A DNA stretch of 54,983 bases, filler included, from Sphacelaria rigidula (Eukaryota): the NCBI GenBank assembly GCA_964200075.2. It is 5 parts of 5 records of this genome, joined end to end, with 100 filler letters (N's around TTAATTAATTAA, not from the genome) between each part and the next. Parts side by side here need not be neighbours in the genome. Positions count along the whole stretch, not along the records: positions 44,069 to 54,983 come from CAXNAA020005684.1; 4 more parts are not named here. One strand, 5' to 3'. A program made the position numbers and the translations under genes. Shown one piece after another: positions 50,497-54,983 of this stretch (position 1 is the stretch's first letter; each line of letters starts with the position of its first letter). Under the pieces are notes generated by a model. The model was not told the origin of the DNA, searched no databases, and saw only the letters and a program-made list of their open reading frames with translations.

Positions 50497-52840
50497 GCAT
50501 CCCCAAAGCGCGTTGGACAAAAATCGATCAACAAGCTACTGTAGACACATAAAAAACGCCAAAACGATGAGTAAGTTACAAGTGAATACCAAACTCACTC
50601 GAAATGCGAGCAGCAACGGCACCTCTTCGTGAGAAATTCCGGAGCGGCGTCAAAAATATCCTTCAAAGGCTCTCAAGTACGGACCTCAACTTCGAAGCCA
50701 ACCCAGTCGACCAACACGATCAACGAACGATCGTCTGCTTCTGCCACGCGGACAGTACAAGCCATCTGGAATTGCCCCTGATTGGAAGCGTGCTAGAACA
50801 CGTCCTTACCGTCAGCCGTAACATTATGCTGCGAGTCTGCATAAAACTGCAAACAAGCTACATGGGCGGTCTGAACACGACCCGAAAGAATGTTCTGAAT
50901 CTCAAACACGTGCGGGTGGTGAGCACAAACTACTCTCCATGGAGCAGTCCAAGTCGCCATCAACTTAGGCGTAACGCCGGACGACGCACGCGTGCATGCA
51001 AGACACAGCCGCCCGCCCGAAATTCGTCAGTTCCAGCTCCGATGAGGACCCCTCACGTCTACGCGCACGTTCAGCGGCAACGCGCTCCTGCACTTGAACG
51101 TGGAAACGTTCTTGCAAGCCCAAGACTCCTTGCGATGCACGCTTCATTTGGCCATCGTCCAAAACATCGCAATTCCGTTCCCCCGCCGACGAAGACGCCA
51201 ACACCGAGAAAGACGTCCGAGGGGCACGACCAAACATCACGTGGTACGGCGTACTATCGTAACGACGACGATACGCTATATTGAGCGCCCATTGCACAGC
51301 AGGCAACACGTCCTCCCACTCGGGAACCGCTCTACGCTGCTCGAGAAGAATAGAGCGAAGAGCACGAACTTCTTCCTTGTCCATGCGTTCGCACGTGCCG
51401 CTAGACCACGGAGGATACGCCACCGCAAACTGATGATCAACGTGCAAAGCCTCTCGCAATCGGGCCAAGATCGCATTCTTGAAATGCGAGGCGGTATCAC
51501 TCACCCACACACGCGGCACCCCCAAAGTGTTGCGCACCAATTCAGCAAAGATGCAGCGGTCGATTCAGCAGTACACACTGCTACTGGGTCTAGAGACACG
51601 AAGTTGCTCAAATAATCCATGATTACCAAAATGTATCAAAACCCAGCATTCTCCGACAAACCTTGGGACGCTAGCGGGCCACTCTCGCCCACGTACAAGA
51701 AGTCAAATGAACGACTTCATTCGGCATGGCCCCACGGGGCGTTTCACCGAGCGGGCGGGGAACAACATCGCCCGCCCTCGAGTCAGCACAGTGAAGGCAC
51801 TGGCGGACAAATTCGCGCACGTGGGTTTCTATCCCCTGCCAGACACAAAACTCTTGCAAGCGCACGAGCGTCGCAGCCACACCACGATCCCCAGCGTCGC
51901 GCATGTGCGCACAAATAATCAGATGTTATTGCAACTAACTGCTTGTCAGAGTTCGGAATCCACACAACGTTTCGGCCACGCACATGCACACGGAACAGAC
52001 CTTCATCGTCCAAGATAGCAGTACCAACGTCCGACTCGAAATATTGCACCTCCGCATCTTCGACCCCAAGGTCTTCCTGTTGCGCAACAGATTTGGTCGG
52101 CATCGAGTCATCAGGTTCACACGGACCAAACACAGTCACAGCGCGCGCAGGCAAAGCCGGAATATTCACCCAGCGCGAAAGCAAGTCACCCCACGCGTTA
52201 CGCTCACCCGAAATATGGCAATTCGAGTAACGAACTGGCCAAGGACACCTTTCCAACCCTCCAAACGTTAAGACAATGCCTTTGATACAGAATAACGCAC
52301 GCTTCTGGGTTGAAAATATGACGGGCCTGCCGCGCCCCGAGCGAAAACGGGACGCGCAGCGGCACAGCCGGGAGGAGACGCTTCATCATCTCTACAATCT
52401 GCACCGACAGACTCGTGAAGTGGGCGCCAGAATCCAACACAGCCCGAACCGCAATGGCTCCACGCTCCCGTTGATTTGGAGGACACAGCTCCGCAGGAAC
52501 GTACTTGTCCGCAAACTCCGCTGGCATTTCATCCGCCGACCGATAGGCCGCTATTCCCACTTGACGCTACGGCTGCGCAAGCTGCTCGGGCGAAGACGCC
52601 CGGCCGGTTCAAACGTCACCGCCGGCGGGTATGACCCCCAGCTAGCAAACCAAACATTTGGCGAAAATCCGACCAGCGCATCAGCAGGCGTCGCGCCTGG
52701 CGCTGCTGCCGGTGTCGCCACCGGCGCCGGCGCAGTGTTCGACACTGTAGAACTCGGTCCCACCTGCACCCCCGGTTGCGGAGTAGCAGCACCTACAGCG
52801 GCGCTGGACCCAGAACCAGATCCATGCTGACGCCGTTGCC

Positions 52841-52874
<34 letters not shown>

Positions 52875-54115
52875 AGGACTCGACTGCGACTCTCCACCGC
52901 TGGAGGATCCGCCGCCGCCACCACCCCGATTACTTCACCCTTTGCCATTGTGCTGACGATGCTGATTGCGCGCGGCATGAGACTGCCCAGACTCTCCACC
53001 GGAAGACGTTGGGTAATCCCGCGCGTAATGGCCGACCTGGCCACAGCGGTGGCAGGTGATGGTCGCAGCGCGGCCGTTCGATTTCGAGCCGTGGTGATGC
53101 AAATACTTTCGCGTGGACGTGGACGACTGGCCGAACACCTCTATCTTCCGCCACTCCTTAGCCTCGGCCACGATGGTGTCCATCACCAGGTAAGGGTCGG
53201 TCTTCTAGTTTGTTTGGTGCTTCAACTTTACCAGCACGGCTTGCTTGAAAATTTCCGGCGTTAACCTCTCCACCAAAGCTGGGCCGGGCCGGGAATAAAT
53301 TCACCATCGGGGTAACGATATACTAGTTCCACGTTCGGATTTCTGAGAAACATTTTTCCAGATTGAACAGGATTGGCTCCACCCGCTGTAGCATCGTCTC
53401 TCTCCGAGACACCATGGCGACAGCTTTCGCCACGGCCGCGGACGCTTGGGTAAACTCCACCTCGGCGCCCACCGCATGCCCAGCATGCTTTTTTATCGCC
53501 GCAACCAATTGCGCCGGGGTTATTGTGCTCCCATCATGTTCCACACGCGCAAACACTCTATGCACATGCGTCGGCACCTGTTGAGCAATCGACACTACCT
53601 GATGTCGCACCGCACGCCCTGCGCTGGCGTGCTCCACACGCTTCATGTACCCCACGTACTTGTTATAGAAAGTGCGAGATGCACTCTCGGAGTACCTATC
53701 CCCGTATTGGGGAGGTCGCAACTCTTTTCGCATAACCACGGGCGTCACGCTGGACGCACTACGCGAGCCGGTCGCCATAGCTGCAGCCGGCTACCTGCGA
53801 ACCTTTCGCAGCCAGCGGACCTTCGCCAATTGCACACTTCACCCTTGCTCGTCGCCGCACCACACAGTTGTAGGAGCCTCCAGATTCCCGCTGCATGCAG
53901 CTTCATCAAGTCTCCAGTCTGAATCAATCACAGGCCAGCCGCTTTTCAGCAGCTACCATCAGCTTGAACCCCCTCCACGCGTCCGTGATGCTTCAGGTTG
54001 TCCCCAGCTGCCAGACTCCTCCGCCAAAATTCTTCCAGTAGGTTCTGCGAGGTACTAGCTCTTGCACTACATATCGATATTATGACGCCGGTCAGAAGAA
54101 GAACTGGTGGATCCC

Positions 54116-54348
54116 TGCTGTTGAGGGATTCCCCAGTCTAACTGGCCTCAGTTTCAGTTGTCAGCCTTTACAACATCTCATTATCAGGAGTGCCCTTCCA
54201 GGCATCAACCTCCTAGACACGCAGGGTATCATCCCCGTGTCCCCGGTCATTATCCAGAATGCTCCCAGAATCCTCCGGAATCCCCGTGCCCCCAGTCATT
54301 ATCCAGATCATCACTACCAACTCAACGTAACGGCGTATTTCCGTCACA
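54116..54348 (-). repeat. 5' LTR, shared portion (may extend to ~53869)
   Basis: Starts TGTGACGG on the minus strand. A candidate PBS TGGTGCGGCGAC lies at 53862-53851. Confidence 0.8.
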
Positions 54349-54983
54349 GATCATGACTATCAGCACTCCCGCACCGCGTCAACTCTCGTCAAACAACCTC
54401 AGTCGACTACTTTTCGTTTCCTCATGTACTCACGCTTCCATCGGTGCAGATCGGACAATTCTAAGAAAAGACCAACGCATCGGGGATCGAACTCACGTTC
54501 TCTCCACCCTAATGGTGTCAATGGAACCATTGCACCACCAGGGTGCGGCATATAACCTGAACAAAAAAGTGCACGTTTTTTCCTCACGGCGATAGTTCAA
54601 TCCGCCCGCACCAAAAATCGCCGAAGTGTCCAGGAATTCTCCCAAATATTGTCGTAGACCAAGTCATTCCGCACATGTGGGCAATCGGCTCCCATTCTGC
54701 GCAGTACTGGTCGAGTGATACCGCGATAGCCCCCCCCCCCAGAAAAATGACTGATTGGAGGAGGCAAAATCTACATATAAGGCAAAATTAGAAGGGCCGC
54801 GCACACCGAACAGCTGGTAACTCCCACGCATGGGATTGTTTTCGCCAATGTTGTCCGTGCGAGGGGCTTCATGAAGTCTGAAACCAGCTATCATGCACTG
54901 TATGGCCATTTTCGTTGTGGCAATGTTAGGGCTGGGCTGGGGAGGGGGGAGGGGGTATACTCATGATCATGCATGCCATAGTC

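Larger units (their letters stand above)
50262..54348 (-). mobile_element. Chromodomain-bearing Ty3/Gypsy LTR element with an internal RT/RNase H deletion
   Basis: Direct repeats at 50262-50496 and 54116-54348. gag from 53778 with a CHRCGQVGHYAR knuckle; VLDSGA protease; HISGERNAWGDLLSR RNase H tail; H2C2 + core integrase; chromodomain VLVDWVGF..RT*EPL at ~50620-50750. Confidence 0.92.

Overview
This is eukaryotic, intron- and repeat-rich DNA, most consistent with a brown alga (Phaeophyceae). That assignment is an inference from intron style, repeat types and coding style. The window is not one locus. It is five contigs of 10918, 10917, 10917, 10916 and 10915 bp, sorted by size and joined by identical 100-bp N44-TTAATTAATTAA-N44 linkers. 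Contig 1 holds the last five exons of condensin I kleisin CAP-H/Barren (NCAPH). Contig 2 holds the 3' part of a PLK4/SAK-like polo kinase (kinase C-lobe, a 4.09-kb exon with cryptic polo boxes, terminal PB3) and a ~455-bp intronic foldback. Contig 3 holds the 5' part of a minus-strand PHD-PHD-AT-hook-PHD chromatin protein. Contig 4 holds a nested inverted-repeat complex, a decayed Gypsy and a decayed Copia. Contig 5 holds MITE/SINE debris and an RT-deleted chromodomain Gypsy with two LTR copies. I found no convincing novel multi-gene system. The best leads are the divergent PLK4 with a candidate degron, the long intronic hairpin, the PHD/AT-hook protein and a dispersed telomere-motif palindromic repeat family.
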